A stretch of DNA of 62,798 nucleotides, the filler included, from Octopus bimaculoides (Eukaryota): NCBI RefSeq assembly GCF_001194135.2. It is 5 parts of 5 records of this genome, joined end to end, with 100 filler letters (N's around TTAATTAATTAA, not from the genome) between each part and the next. Parts side by side here need not be neighbours in the genome. Positions count along the whole stretch, not along the records: positions 1 to 9,797 come from NC_068989.1; positions 9,898 to 31,138 come from NC_068984.1; 3 more parts are not named here. One strand, given 5' to 3'. The position numbers and the translations under genes are program-made. This document shows positions 1 through 13,582 of the stretch, in pieces (within the stretch, counting starts at the first letter, position 1; the number at the start of each line of letters is the position of its first letter). The notes below the pieces were generated by a model, which saw only the letters and a list, made by a program, of their open reading frames with translations, was not told where the DNA came from and did no database searches.

Positions 1-397
1 GCGAAGGTATTATGAGATGTTTGAGGCCGTAAATAAATAAAAAATCTCTATCTTATCTGCATCTTGGAGATTTCGTCGTAGTATGTCAGCGAGATAATTT
101 AGAATGGGTTTCTCATTTATATATAGCCAGAACCTGAAGACCTTAAGGAAAAACTACGAAAGAGAGAGAGAGGATGGAGGGGTAGACAGAGGCATGGCGG
201 GAGAAAAGATCATCATCATCATCATCATATATATATAGAAAGAGAGAGAGAGAGAGAGAGGGGGGACCAGTCAAGCAGCACATCACGCTGTAATTCTTGG
301 GCTGAGAAATCAACACTTAAAAGCCATAATTTTAAGGAGCGATAAGAATTATGTTTGCAAAAAAGTAACCAGGTTTTGTGTTTAATTTTCATGTACA

Positions 398-1120
398 TAA
401 TCTTTGTAACCAATTTCTGTCTGTTATTTGTTCATAATGAAACAACTCTTTCTTTATTTATCAACACATTGATGTGAGTTTTGGAACATGATTTAACAAT
501 TGTCTCAAAGCAAAATATAATTACTGGTAAATCCAGTTAAATTCAGCAAAATATAAAATTATTAAAATTTTGTTTAAACATCAGCGCAGAAAATAAGTTA
601 GCTAATTAATATTCAATGAGTATACAACAAAATTTTAATAGAGAAGGATTATGCTAATTACTGGATTATTTATCAGTTGGACTTAATGCACATAAGATAG
701 GTGTGCCATAGAAATAAATCGGAATGAAATACTGGAATTTGTCTTTGAAGAAAATTAGGAAATGAAATCATACCATTAACTAAATTAAATAAACTTGCAC
801 ATATACGTAAGTACACAGAAACACACATAATAACGTTTCACAATCCAAATTAATCAAACTTTGTCAAATATCTTAGACGTAAATTAAAATTACAATAAAG
901 AATGAAAACAAGGTAAATTTGGAAAATATAAATCAAAATACATGTACTCGTACACGCACGCACACAATATTCCTAAAAGTGCTTTATTTCAAGTATGTGG
1001 GAAGCCTTCAAAAGAAATTTTTTCTATCCTCTTTCTGCATAACGATTCGTTTTTGCAGTAACTGGTTCAAAGGAAAAAGTAAAATAGTTTTGTTTCCTTG
1101 CAAAGACTGTGACTAGGTCA
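398..1120 (-). mobile_element. Decayed piggyBac-like 3' end, copy 1
   Basis: 437-1030 aligns by eye with 1443-2040. It starts with a degenerate version of the copy-2 terminus. The minus strand at 990-1110 reads LCKETKLF..SYCKNESLC..IEKISFEGFPHT*, resembling the end of a piggyBac Cys-rich domain. Confidence 0.4.
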
Positions 1121-1370
1121 GGTACAAATTCTTTTTTTTTTTTTGTATCTTATCTCACTATTAGAATTTTTTGTCAAAATCATTTCACTTTTGGAAAAAG
1201 AANNNNNNNNNNNNNNNNNNNNNNNNNNNNNNNNNATTCATAATCACATGTTTTTATGTTTGTAGTATATTTTCTTAGTTTCCTATGTTTTCATTCAAAA
1301 ACATTTTGAATTCAAACTTGCTGCTTGTTTTTGATGATAGTATCACTAAAATCTGCATATATTGTTTTTG

Positions 1371-2269
1371 TTAACTCTTTCGTTACTATATTTCTGACCA
1401 AAATACACCCCTCGTGAGTTTCAATCATTTAGACTAGTTTCATTAAACAACTGTAACTTTTTTATTTATCAACATATTAATGTGATATTTGGAACATAAT
1501 TGAAGAAAGGCTTCTTAATCAATTCTATTGCATAATTTTTGTCTCAAAGTGACTCTAATTACAGGTAAACTGAGCAAAATATAAAAATATTAAAATTTTG
1601 TTTAAACATCACCATAGAAAATGAATTGGGTGTGCAACAAAATTTTAATATAGAAGAATTGTGTACATCACTAGATTATCAGTTGAATTTAATGCACAGA
1701 AGAACAGGTGTACCATAAAGGTAAAATAAACTGAAATACTGGAATTTGTTTTTGAAGAAAGCTAGAAAATTAAATACATCAATAATTGTAATATACATAC
1801 ACACATACATGAACACACAAGAAAATATATAATAAAGATTTACAGTAAAACTTAAATCAAAACTTGTCACTCACCTTACAAGGCAAATTAAAATTACAGG
1901 TAAATAAAAAGTAAAAACGAAGTAAATTTGAAAAATATTTATACAATCCAATCATACATGTATACAATATTCACACAATATTTCTATCATGGGACTTGCA
2001 GAATGCACATTGGAAAGAAGTTTCAATTTACCATCCACTGGGAGTTTTTCTTTGTTGATGTAGACATTCATGGCACTGCCTTTTGTGACCCCAGATTTTT
2101 TTTAATTTATGGAGATCAGCTGAACTCGGAGGGATATTTCTGGCGGGTTTTGCTTTTCCTTCCTAGAGTTATTATCTTTTTTGAGCAATAACCTGCCCTC
2201 ATCTATGTTGCTACATCTGCTCGGAACTGCAGATGGCCATACCGCTTGCAAGCCCCTTCTGATTTGATA
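1371..2269 (-). mobile_element. Decayed piggyBac-like transposon 3' end, copy 2 (transposase C-terminal remnant plus terminus)
   Basis: Begins TTAA-CTCTTTCGTTAC (TTAA target plus terminus). The minus strand gives KRYGHLQFRADVA and HKLKKIWGHKRQCHECLHQQRKTPSGW*IETSFQCAFCK (about 1995-2260), typical of a piggyBac/PGBD C-terminus. Confidence 0.6.
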
Positions 2270-2811
2270 TCTATATATATAAAACTGAGAATGTGTGTAT
2301 GTCTACGTGTGCATCACTAAAACTCAAGATCTACCCAACAAATTTCATTCAAATTTTACACATGCCTTACTTAGGGTTCATGCAGTGTCACAGACTGAAA
2401 AAAATTTTCAACTTCTTGCCTAATGCGAGCTCAGAGTAATCTCTTATCTTTTACACTATTTCAGTATTATGTGTCAAAAGTGAAACAATACCATCTCTAT
2501 TGTAATGTGAGATAATACTTTCACTATTAATACTGAAACAATTATCTCACACACATAGATGTATTTCAATTATGTTACCTTAAATCCCAAAATTCCATCT
2601 CCTTGTGCTCTGTCTTCGACCAGCCTAACTCTGGTCTATCTCTCTTTCTCTTTCAATTTCGTTAACTGCTTACTTCTCCCAACACTTTACCTCTGCTCAC
2701 CCCACCCTATCTAAACTAGCTCATTCAGATCTCCCTACCTCATATTTTAAAACCTCGCCACACTGAGTAGAAACCAGATGTTCAGACAAGCAGCCTTGTT
2801 TTCCAAGCTAG
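2270..2811 (+). mobile_element. Putative non-autonomous Helitron
   Basis: 5' end A|TCTATATATATAAAA. The 3' end has a short hairpin ACAAG-cagc-CTTGT (2786-2799) followed by CTAG|T. Insertion is between A and T with no TSD, and the piggyBac remnant reads through when the element is removed. Confidence 0.5.
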
Positions 2812-5603
2812 TACACATCTAAATCCTCTTTTCCAGTGCAAATTATTATAAGTACTTTATTATTTCATTTCATTATTTATCTAGTTCAATATCTATGTAA
2901 ACACAGTTTCGTCTTCCATGCCCTATGTTTAGAGAGAAAAAAAACTTAAGATCCCTTCACTCAATCCAACTCTCCCTCTTTCTCACACTCGTTTATTATT
3001 GTCCTTTATTTATTCATTTATCGAATTGTTGGTTATAGATCTAGTTAAGAATTCAAATACCCAATTCTATCTCATTATTATCATTAATATTCTCTCGCAC
3101 CAGTTTTTGCTGTTTAGCGGTGCACCTGCCCTTCCCACTCCCACCACTTGTACCAGAAGTTTCTATCCTCTGACCTTTATCGGATGTCTTTCCCATGAAC
3201 ACCTCCAAAGACTTAATGTTCCCCCATCCCTACTTAGGGTTTATTTTCTATGTAATGTAGTGATTATGTAGTGCATAAAATGGTGTAGTGTATGCAGGTT
3301 GAAGGCTATTGTATGTTTATGAGTTCTGCCAAATGCGAGCTTTCTTTTCAGGGACGTGACGCTACTGTCCCCCACCCCAAGGTCTCGTGGGCCAACACCT
3401 CCTACACCCTCAGAGTTGGCACACTGAAGAGTAGGTATGGTAAGATGCTTGAATGGAGATGTGTAGATTTGTGCTGCATCCAAGAAGTAAGGTGGAGAGG
3501 AAGTTCTGCTAGGTTCCTCACAGGCAAAGAACATAGGGATAAGATTTTCTGGGCAGGGAACACTGACGGGGTCAGGGATGTGGGTATACTTCTTGCAGAG
3601 AAATGGGTTGATAAGATAATCAAGGTAGTCAGAGTCTGTGATAGAATACTTAAGATTAGATTAGTGCTGCAACATGGGTTAGCAACCATTATCTCGGCTT
3701 ATACCCCTCAACCAGGGCTACCTGATGGACAGAAAGACCGATTTTATGACACCCTCTTGCTGACTACTTCATTGACGAATGACAGGGACCTTCTCTTTAT
3801 GGCTGGCAACTTCACTGGGCATGTTGGACAACATGCAGGAGGCTTCCATGGTGTACATGGAGGCTATGGTTTTGGTTCTCGCAATGAGTGAGGAACCAGG
3901 CTACTGGAGTTCTGCAATGCAGATGATCTTGTGGTTTATAATACGGGCTTCAGGAAACTTGCCAGTCACCTAGTCACCTACCGTTCTGGTGGACACACTT
4001 GTCAAATTGATTACATCCTTGCTAGGAAACAGGAAGGATGGCTACTTACAAATGCCAAAGCCTTACCAGGTGAAGCACCCCATAGCATAGATTAGTAAGT
4101 AGTTAGCGACTTCAGGACCATAGATGGATGACCAGAAGGTGACCAGCATGAAGAAGAAGGGTCTGGAAGCTTAAGAATCCTGCGAATGGACAGAGATTTA
4201 GAGACCTGTTACTCAAAGCTTTTGACAAAATATAGGGGGATATAGCATCACATGATGTGGAAGACAACTGGAGGTTCCTACAGGACTACTTGTTGAGGGC
4301 TACTCACCAGATCTGTGGATGGTGCAAAGTCCCCTCTTGACTCAAAGTAATGTGGTGGTGGGACAAAGTAGTTCACAGGGCCATTAGGGAAAAGAAACAG
4401 GCATGGAAGGACTCGAAGAAAGGTTGTAGCAGGGAATTATATCAGATTGCCAGATGGGAAGCTAGGAGACAGGTTTACTTAGCCTGAGGGGAAACAGATA
4501 AGAAAAAATTTGCCAATGTTCTGCGTCATGAGGACCAAAAACTTGAAGTATTTCGTGTTGCAAGACTGTGTGTGAGAGAGAAGCATAATGTCATAGGAGA
4601 GAAATGTGTCCACATGGATGATGGCTCACTTGCATTTAATGAGGCTGCAAAGAGAGAGACTTGGAGACGCCACTATGAAGGTTGCTTAATGAAGAAAATA
4701 GATGGGAGAAAGAGAGTCTGCTGAATGTTGACCCAACTGAGAGACCAGCTATCCAAATTAATAGTACATTGGTAGATAAAGCAATTAAGGGTATGAAGAC
4801 AGGGAAAGCCCCTGGCCCATCAGGAATCACCACAGAGATACTTAAAATATCTAGCAGTGTTGGCTATAGTCAGTCAGGTGATACATGGAGTCATACCCAA
4901 TGACTGGTGTAGCAGCACCAGAGTCAACTGCTACAAAGGTAAAGGTGATGTCTTGGATAGAAATAATTACAGAGGTATCAAGTTGTTGGATCAGGTAATG
5001 GAGGTCATGGAGAGGGTCATAGCCCAACTAATTAGGGAGAGAGTCAGTTTAGACGAGATGCAGTTTGAGTTTCTGCCAGGGAGAAACACCACCGATGCTA
5101 TATTTCTGGTAAGACAGCTGCAGGAGAAATACCTAGCCAAAGATAAACTTCTGTACCTGTCTTTTGTTGACATAGAGAGAACCTTTGACAGGGTCCCCCA
5201 ATTCCTTATCTGGTGGTCAGTGAGGAATCTAGGGATAAATGAGTAGTTAGTGAGAGCTGTACGAGCCACGTACAGGGATGCTGTCAGTAAGGTGAGGCTT
5301 GGCGACGAGTACAGTGAAGAATTCCGGGTAGAGGTAGGGGTCCACCAAGGTTCAGTCCTCAGCCCCCTCTTATTCATCATAGTCCTCCAGGCAATAACAG
5401 AGGAGTTCAAGACAGGATGCCACTGGGAGCTTCCCTATGCTGATGACCTTGCTCTAACAGCTGAGTCACTATCAGAACTAGAGAAGTTTCAGGTGTGGAA
5501 GCAAGGTCTAGAATCGAAGGGCCTTAGAGTCAATCTAGAAATAACTGAAGACTTAATAAGTAGGAAGGCAGACAAATCACAATTCCCTTCTTGTAGATGG
5601 TCC

Positions 5604-5735
5604 TGCTCTATCTGCAGAAAAGGCATTGGTAGAAACTCCTTAAGATGTACCTGGTGTAAGCTATGGACACATAAAATGTGTAGCAATACCACAGGAAGGC
5701 TAACTGGGAAGATAGTTTTTGTGTGTGGCAAATGC
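5604..5735 (+). other. PHD finger (C4-H-C3) inside RTE ORF2
   Basis: CSIC-x10-CTWC-x4-HKMC-x14-CGKC, in frame after the RT core. Confidence 0.8.
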
Positions 5736-6473
5736 TCAGAGGCAATAAACACTGAAAACGTGCAGAAAACAGCTTCCGTCACATGCCAGGGGGAAAAACT
5801 AGAAGTAGCTGATAGCTTCCGTTACCTAGGCGTCGAAGTCAGAAGCAGGGGTGGATTCTCTGAGCGTGTAGTTGCTAGAATAAGAATAGTCTGGGCAAAT
5901 TCAGAGTTCCTACCTCTGCTGAAGACAAAGGGCCTCTCAATCAGTAAACGGTAAACTGTATGACGCATGTGGACAAACAGTCGTGCTACATGGCAGTGAA
6001 ATACAGGCCATGACTGCTGAGGACATGTGTAAGATTGCAAGGAAGGAAGCTATTATGCTCTGCTGGATGTGTAATGTCAGTGTGCATACACAACAGATGT
6101 GGTGTGCAGTAGAGACCACTGCGCTGGTATGGTCATGTGCTGCATGTGAATGAGGACAGCTGTGTGAAAAAGTCTCACACTCTAGCAGTAGAGGGAACCT
6201 GTGGAAGAGATAGACCTAGGAAGACCTGGGATGAGGTGATGAAGCACAACCTTTGAACATTGGGCCTTATGGAGGCAATGACTAGTGACTGAGACCTATG
6301 AAGATATGCAAGCCAAGTGAGACCGTAACTGGCCTATGCCAGTGCAGCATAACCGGCCCATTTAAGAGTACCCTTTAATCATTGGGCATTAAACCGCGCT
6401 TGCAAAGACCTATTGAGTCAAGTGAAGTCGTTGTCGTGGCTGATGACAGTACCTCCTAATTGGCACCCGTTCC

Positions 6474-6620
6474 AGTGGCACGTAAAAAGCACCATTCGAG
6501 CGTGGTCGATGCCAGTGCTGGCTGACTTTCTGTGCCAGTGGCATGTAAAAAGCACCATTCAAGTGTGGTCATTGCCAGTGCTGCCTCACTGGCCCTCGTG
6601 TTGGTGGCACGTAAAAAGCA
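6474..6620 (+). repeat. Three copies of an approximately 62-66 bp unit in the RTE 3' UTR
   Basis: GTGGCA(C/T)GTAAAAAGCA recurs at about 6476, 6538 and 6604. Confidence 0.8.
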
Positions 6621-7622
6621 TCCAGCTGTAGAAACTTTGCCAGGAGCCTGGCGCATCTTCCTGGCTTGCCAGCCCTCAGTCAAACTGTCCAGCCTATGCT
6701 GGCATGGAAAGCAGATGTTAAACAATGACAATGATGTATATATATATATTTATTTATATATGCATATTCATATCATTCAACCATGGTAATGGTTGAGTAT
6801 ATTCTTAAGTCCACCATTTCATCAATCGCAGCAGCTTCCAAGCTTCACCACTAATTCAGTTCTCAACTAAATTGCAAACTGTTAACAGTTTTAAAGAGTA
6901 CATCTCCTCAGCTGCACTTTGGCATAAATAGTATGAGATTTGGTTCAGTAGAAAAAAAGTTACATTAAAATATCTGCAACCTCAAGGGGGGCAGTAAGGC
7001 AGAAGTTTATCTTCAATTAACATAAATTTTTCAATTTTAAATTAAAGGTATACTTTTCTTAGGTTTGAATGATAGAAAAATGTATGGGGGATTCAAAGTT
7101 GTTAGTCACATTGAACAAAAATTAGAAGAAAAGTTATGGGGTAAAATGCCACANNNNNNNNNNNNNNNNNNNNNNNNNNNNNNNNNNNNNNNNNNNNNNN
7201 NNNNNNNNNNNNNNNNNNNNNNNNNNNNNNNNNNNNNNNNNNNNNNNNNNNNNNNNNNNNNNNNNNNNNNNNNNNNNNNNNNNNNNNNNNNNNNNNNNNN
7301 NNNNNNNNNNNNNNNNNNNNNNNNNNNNNNNNNNNNNNNNNNNNNNNNNNNNNNNNNNNNNNNNNNNNNNNNNNNNNNNNNNNNNNNNNNNNNNNNNNNN
7401 NNNNNNNNNNNNNNNNNNNNNNNNNNNNNNNNNNNNNNNNNNNNNNNNNNNNNNNNNNNNNNNNNNNNNNNNNNNNNNNNNNNNNNNNNNNNNNNNNNNN
7501 NNNNNNNNNNNNNNNNNNNNNNNNNNNNNNNNNNNNNNNNNNNNNNNNNNNNNNNNNNNNNNNNNNNNNNNNNNNNNNNNNNNNNNNNNNNNNNNNNNNN
7601 NNNNNNNNNNNNNNNNNNNNNN

Positions 7623-7890
7623 AAATATCACTTCTCCGTTCCTCATGCGCTGCATGAGCTTGTGTAGGCCACATGCGGGTATATTCCCAAGTTGTTGGGC
7701 CTCTGTCTTATTCTGTCTCAGTCTCTTAGTGTATAATTCTAAAATCTGTCTAAGTTTTGTCCTAGCTATAGTGAATTGTGCTTCCATGTGGTCATGAGTA
7801 TGTTTAGGGATGCAGACTCTTTTGTTAAAGGGTAATGTTGTCGGGTATATCCAGCTCATATTATAAGTTTTGTCACATATGTTGAAGAAT
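7623..7890 (-). mobile_element. Possible Penelope-like fragment (region N-terminal to RT)
   Basis: Open frame ending [16 protein letters not shown] at a gap. It resembles the GLKSL.KR...GE.V..TDKSG segment that precedes PLE RT. Recognition is weak. Confidence 0.35.
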
Positions 7891-7949
7891 TGAGTGTCAA
7901 GGAGGTTGGTATTCATGTTGTTGGCCTCTCTGGGGTTATCTTCTTCATA

Positions 7950-8490
<541 letters not shown>

Positions 8491-8599
8491 AATAAGGATA
8501 AGGTCGTTATTTAAAATACCGATCATATCAGGAGGCTAGCATGGGAATAAAAACCTCATAGGCAATAATTATTATTCAAATTATAATTAAGGGTATCTA

Positions 8600-8679
8600 A
8601 AAGACACCACCATGCTAGATATAGCAGCCAAAACTGAGTGGTTGGCATTAGGAAGGGCATCCAGCTGTAGAAACTCTGC
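8600..8679 (+). mobile_element. Fragment related to the RTE 3' UTR
   Basis: GCATCCAGCTGTAGAAACT also occurs at about 6619-6637; truncated by a gap. Confidence 0.55.
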
Positions 8680-8779
8680 NNNNNNNNNNNNNNNNNNNNN
8701 NNNNNNNNNNNNNNNNNNNNNNNNNNNNNNNNNNNNNNNNNNNNNNNNNNNNNNNNNNNNNNNNNNNNNNNNNNNNNNN

Positions 8780-8821
<42 letters not shown>

Positions 8822-9797
8822 ATATATATGAGACAAGTGTACGTACGCCGTACATTGCATGACTACAGATTTCTCCCCCACCCCTCTCTGATTTTGGATG
8901 ATCATGACTTTCAGAAAAATGGATATGTTTTAATGAAATTTTCCCACGAATATGTGTTGTATCATGTAGATTCCGAATATATAAAATTCTCAAGGGAAAG
9001 TTTTTGAGGAAGGTGTGTGGTGGAGAATTTCCGAAAATTCCCCGGAGTCCACTTCAGTTCGTCTTAACTTTCAAGAAAATTGTTATTTTTTTATGTAATT
9101 CACTACAAATATACCTCCCTCTATGTAGATTCCGTGGACATAGGAACTGTGAGTTATTTTTGAGAACTGTTCCCCAGTCCGTGGTGTTTCGGAGCAAGTC
9201 CACATTTGTTTTATTTTCTCCGTCTTGTGCGTTTGTGCATCCATAGATTTCTATTGCAGCAACAAATAGGCAATGAAAACAAATGAAGCCCTCACCCGAA
9301 AACTCGTTATGCTAAAAATAACAGCTAACGGTCTGGTACACAGAAATATGCTATTAAAGACGACTTGTCTGTTGCATACGATTTTCTTTTCACTTCAAGT
9401 AAAATCCCTGGTAAACGTTTCTAATAGAAAGGCAGAAGACACCAGAAGCATAGGCAAGGAACATACGCACGCACTTAAATATAGGGCGATGTTTCGTTAC
9501 AAGAACACACGACTGCTAGTTACAAACCACGGTGTGTTTATTTACTTTTGTAAAGATGATCATCGATTTCCGTAAAAAATTTAAAAAATTTTACATATGG
9601 GGTTGGAGGGGATCTTTTGAAGTCGGCGTGAAAGCGATAGAGACAGAGATCGCCGATTGTATGAAGTAAATTCTTTTGAAGTTGGCGTGAATCGGAAGAA
9701 TTGATGTGCGTGTGTGTGTGTGCTTGTGAGTCTGTTTGTGTGTACAGGCGTGTGTGGGCAAAACGGGCAAACTTACCGTATGGGTACCGTTACTGTC

Positions 9798-9897
9798 NNN
9801 NNNNNNNNNNNNNNNNNNNNNNNNNNNNNNNNNNNNNNNNNTTAATTAATTAANNNNNNNNNNNNNNNNNNNNNNNNNNNNNNNNNNNNNNNNNNNN
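9798..9897. other. Assembly join: 44 N + TTAATTAATTAA + 44 N
   Basis: Linker at 9842-9853 has stops in all six frames; same layout at three other gaps. Confidence 0.95.
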
Positions 9898-10010
9898 ACC
9901 TGTTCACCGTTATAGATAGATAGATGGATAGATAGATAGGGGCCGTTATAGTATAGGCTATATACGAGTTTTGTGACGATGAAGACGTTCATATTATTTG
10001 CATATTCCAA

Positions 10011-10180
10011 GGCGGCGAAATGGCAGAATGGTTAGCACAGGCTTTATGATCTGAGTTCAAATTCCGTGGAGGTCGACTTTGTCTTTCATCCTTTCGGGGT
10101 CGATAAAATCAGTACCAGTTGTTCACTGGGGTTGATGTAATCGACTTACCCCTCTTTCCAAAATTTCAGACCTTGTATAG
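10011..10180 (+). mobile_element. tRNA-derived SINE, family A
   Basis: GGCGGCGA..TGGCAGAA head, GAGTTCAAATTCC B-box, conserved GTCGACTTTG.CTTTCATCCTTTCGGGGTCGATAAA core. Confidence 0.85.
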
Positions 10181-10193
10181 TTGTATATTGCAT

Positions 10194-10350
10194 AGCTGTG
10201 AGGTTAAGAAACACGCTTTTCAACCACGTGGTTTCTTGGTCAGTCTCCCTGCCCGGCATTTTGGACAAATATTTTCTACTATGGCCCCTGGCCGAATAAT
10301 GCATTGTGTGTGAATTTGGTAGACGGAAACTGAAAGAAGCCCATCGTGTG
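10194..10350 (+). mobile_element. SINE family B, 5' part
   Basis: Ends TTTGGTAGACGGAAACTGAAAGAAGCCC followed by (GT)n; matches copies at 33931 and 52320. Confidence 0.8.
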
Positions 10351-10984
10351 TGTTTGTTTGAGTGATTTTGTTTATTCCCTTTATAATTCACGAACAAGGA
10401 AGACGAAGTAAAATTGAACCAGTGCGTGTGTTTATTATTGTTGTAATTACCCTCAAGTGATACAACAAAATCTGTTCCAGCGCACAATTTCACATCAAGA
10501 ATCTTGCAAATCAAGTACAAACGCGAAATACATTATTTGTCAAACGATACCTTGTAGTTTATTATTTATTGTTGATCTTTTCTCTATGCAATCAAAATAT
10601 TCACTTCTAAATAATGTACTACAAGCCATCATTGATGCAAAGACCTGGTTAGTTTCTGATAAAATATGGTACAAGTTTCACTTTTGATATATAAGTTCCC
10701 TTAAAGAATACAAGCTGTTTGTTTATGTTATAGAAACAAACCATTTGCATTTTGTTTATAAGTACGTGATACGTGTGCCTAATTGTCGTATTTTGCAATG
10801 TGATGGGTATGTTGATACGATGTTGCGTCCAGTTTTTGATTGGTAAATATTTCATCGATTCCAGAAGGATAAAGAGTGAAAACTAGATTGTTCGGTTGGA
10901 ACTTAAAGCGTAAAGAGATACAATTCAATTCTAAAAGATATTTTGGTCGATGTTGTATCGTGTCTGCTACTCAACAATACGAGA

Positions 10985-10987
<3 letters not shown>

Positions 10988-11060
<73 letters not shown>
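10988..11060. repeat. (CA)n microsatellite
   Basis: Pure run. Confidence 0.97.
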
Positions 11061-11062
<2 letters not shown>

Positions 11063-11745
11063 TATATACATACCTGCATGTATATGCTTATGTATCTTAT
11101 CTATCTATCTGTTTGTCTGTCTGTCAGTCTGCCTGTCTGTCTGTATCTCTCGGTGCATGTATATATATGCCATTAGATTTAGTATAGAAATAGTAGATAG
11201 ATACGGAAAGTTAAATAATTTATGAGAAAATACACACACACACACATATACAAGTGTGTATATACACATATATGCATACATACAAATATATGCCTCTCTG
11301 TGTATGTGCGCGCGCACCTGTGTATTAACAAGTATATGGCATATATACACTCACATATATACACATGTGAGTGTGAATGTTCTATATCTAGTATACGACT
11401 GCAAATAGGACGTGTATATATATATACATGCTCACACACGTTTTAAAAATGGCTTTCATGGTATTTGGTAATGCAACAGACACGGAACCTTTCACAAAAG
11501 CAGCTGGAAATAACAACTTCACTTTATAAATAGTCATCGTCTCGACTGATCGCTTCCTTTTTACACTGTATTTCTGTTGAAGGTCAACATCCAAGGAAGG
11601 GATTTAGTGGTAATAGTAGTAGTAGTAGTAGCAGCAGCAGTAGCAGAAGTTTTTGATGTTGTTTTTATGTTTTTGTCTTTTTTTATTCTTGTTTTTCACT
11701 CTGTTGCATTTCTAAAGGTCACACGCTGAATGTCATTGCCATGTT

Positions 11746-11777
<32 letters not shown>

Positions 11778-12024
11778 GAAGGTGCGTGTGTAAGAGAGGG
11801 ATAAGGGCGGTTAGAGGAGGGAAAGGACGAACGTAAAATCGTGTATTGGAATATTGAAAGATATCTTCCACATCGATACGAAGATATCTAGGTTTAAACA
11901 CTCCTAGTGCAGCATTTGTATGTATGTGTGATATGTATTTGGGTATATACATATACATATACACAAGTACATATATGCATGTGTCTATATACATACACGC
12001 TCTTACCACACATAACACTCCCAC

Positions 12025-12026
<2 letters not shown>

Positions 12027-12101
<75 letters not shown>
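12027..12101. repeat. (TA)n microsatellite
   Basis: Pure run. Confidence 0.97.
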
Positions 12102-12105
<4 letters not shown>

Positions 12106-12468
12106 CAATACTGGAAGTAGAATAGAAGCGATTTAAGTAGGTTACCACCGACCAAATTGATTGCAGCTAAAAGTTTCCACACACATGTAGACACCTATTT
12201 CTTCAGTCAATCATTTTGGAATTAAGCTTACACGAAAAAGAATATAAGATGACAGTCAGAACATAGTCTTCTGGTTAGCTCAGATCTTGTACTAACGTAA
12301 TATGACTTCAGCAGTAAATTGGCAGACATCTTGTAAATATGGACCAGGGTGGTTCGCTCTCAAGGAAGTCAAATCCATGCGGTCGCTAATCAGTATGACA
12401 TATCTATTTATGAAAACACTTGCGATAATAACAGCCGTAAAGTTTGAAAAATAATCTACTGGAAGACG

Positions 12469-12505
12469 ATGGATGTAAAACAAGGGCGAGTATATTGTAT
12501 GTACT
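12469..12505 (+). CDS. Candidate short upstream coding exon (MDVKQGRVYCMY+1 nt) for the 13583 exon
   Basis: acgATGg context. Ends in phase 1 at a T|GTAAGT donor, matching the phase-1 acceptor at 13583. No homology support. Confidence 0.25.
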
Positions 12506-12674
12506 GTAAGTACATACTATCCTTATAGAGGAGAAACGGCCTTAACATAGGTGAAAGAATTGATGACAATTGAAGTGAGCACAGCAAAATATGTCAGTAT
12601 CCGGTCTCTATTAACATTCCCCGGAAAAATATAATGGTTCGATAGAGAACCTCGAGGACAAATGGAGAACTTAA

Positions 12675-12965
12675 TACACCTTGTGAATGATTTGGCAGAC
12701 AGAAACCGAAAGAAGCCCGTCGTGTGTGTGTGTATGTGGTTGTGTGTGCGTGTGAGTATTTGTTCCCCACCATCGCTTGACAACCAGCGTTGGTGTGTTT
12801 ATATTCCCGTAACTTAGCGGTTCGGTGAATGAACCGATAGATAAGTACCAGGCTTAAAATATTAAAAAATAAGTACTGGTGTCGATTCGTTTGACTAAAA
12901 TTCTTTAAGGCGGTGCCCCAGCATAGCCGCAATCTAATGGCTGAAACAGATAAAAGATAAAAGAC
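12675..12965 (+). mobile_element. SINE family B, central and 3' part with internal (GT)n
   Basis: GAAAGAAGCCCGTCG-(GT)n-CCCCACCATCGCTTGACAACC...GGCGGTGCCCCAGCAT...CTGAAACAGATAAAAGA. Confidence 0.85.
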
Positions 12966-13582
12966 TATTGCTGTTGTTGTTGTTGTCGTGGATATAATCA
13001 AGTCAGGTTTTAATTTGTCGTGACATCCTATAAAATGATACATTACGAAGTAATGTAGCAGACGACCTCCTTGTTTTTTTGTTTTTTTTTAAAATAGTAT
13101 TCGAGGGCAAGCATAGGCTGCACCCCTCCTCTCAGTTGTAACAATCAGAAACTATCTTTTGAATAAATTATAGATAAAATATGTACAAGACTTGAAATAG
13201 TCGTTATGCAGACAAAATCGCCGTGCAAGTAAAATATGTTGATTACCTTGCTCATTGGATCTGAGATTAAATTTTTTCTTCAGGTTTTCGATCCGTTTCT
13301 ACTTTATTCAACTTTATTCTTCCTTTTCTCGGTTCTCCACATTGTTGTCAGACAAAGCTTATCGCTTTTCTCTTTTTCATTTTTGAGAAAAATAAGCACA
13401 ATTGCTTATTCAATGATAAATTCTTTCGATCACAGGAAATAAATACGAATTGATTGCATTCCTTTCTATTTATACAATAAATAATCGTTTATATTTTATC
13501 ATTACTATTAAATAGAACTTAGGCAATCTCTTATGTTTTATGATAACAAATGTTAATGCTATTTTCTTCCTTTCTTCCACAG

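Larger units (their letters stand above)
3350..6735 (+). mobile_element. RTE-clade LINE, near full length, inactivated by stops and frameshifts
   Basis: APE motifs (DLCCIQEVRW, MAGNFTGH, QIDYIL). RT motifs (NYRGIKLL, QFEF.PGR.TTDAIF, GVHQGSVLSPLLF, YADD at 5436-5447). PHD finger, C-terminal GRPRKTW-like segment, 3' UTR and GAT-type tail. Confidence 0.92.

Noticed and set aside
6474-6620. CRISPR-like repeat-spacer array
   Set aside because: The intervening sequences are similar to each other, the context is a eukaryotic LINE UTR, and no cas genes are present
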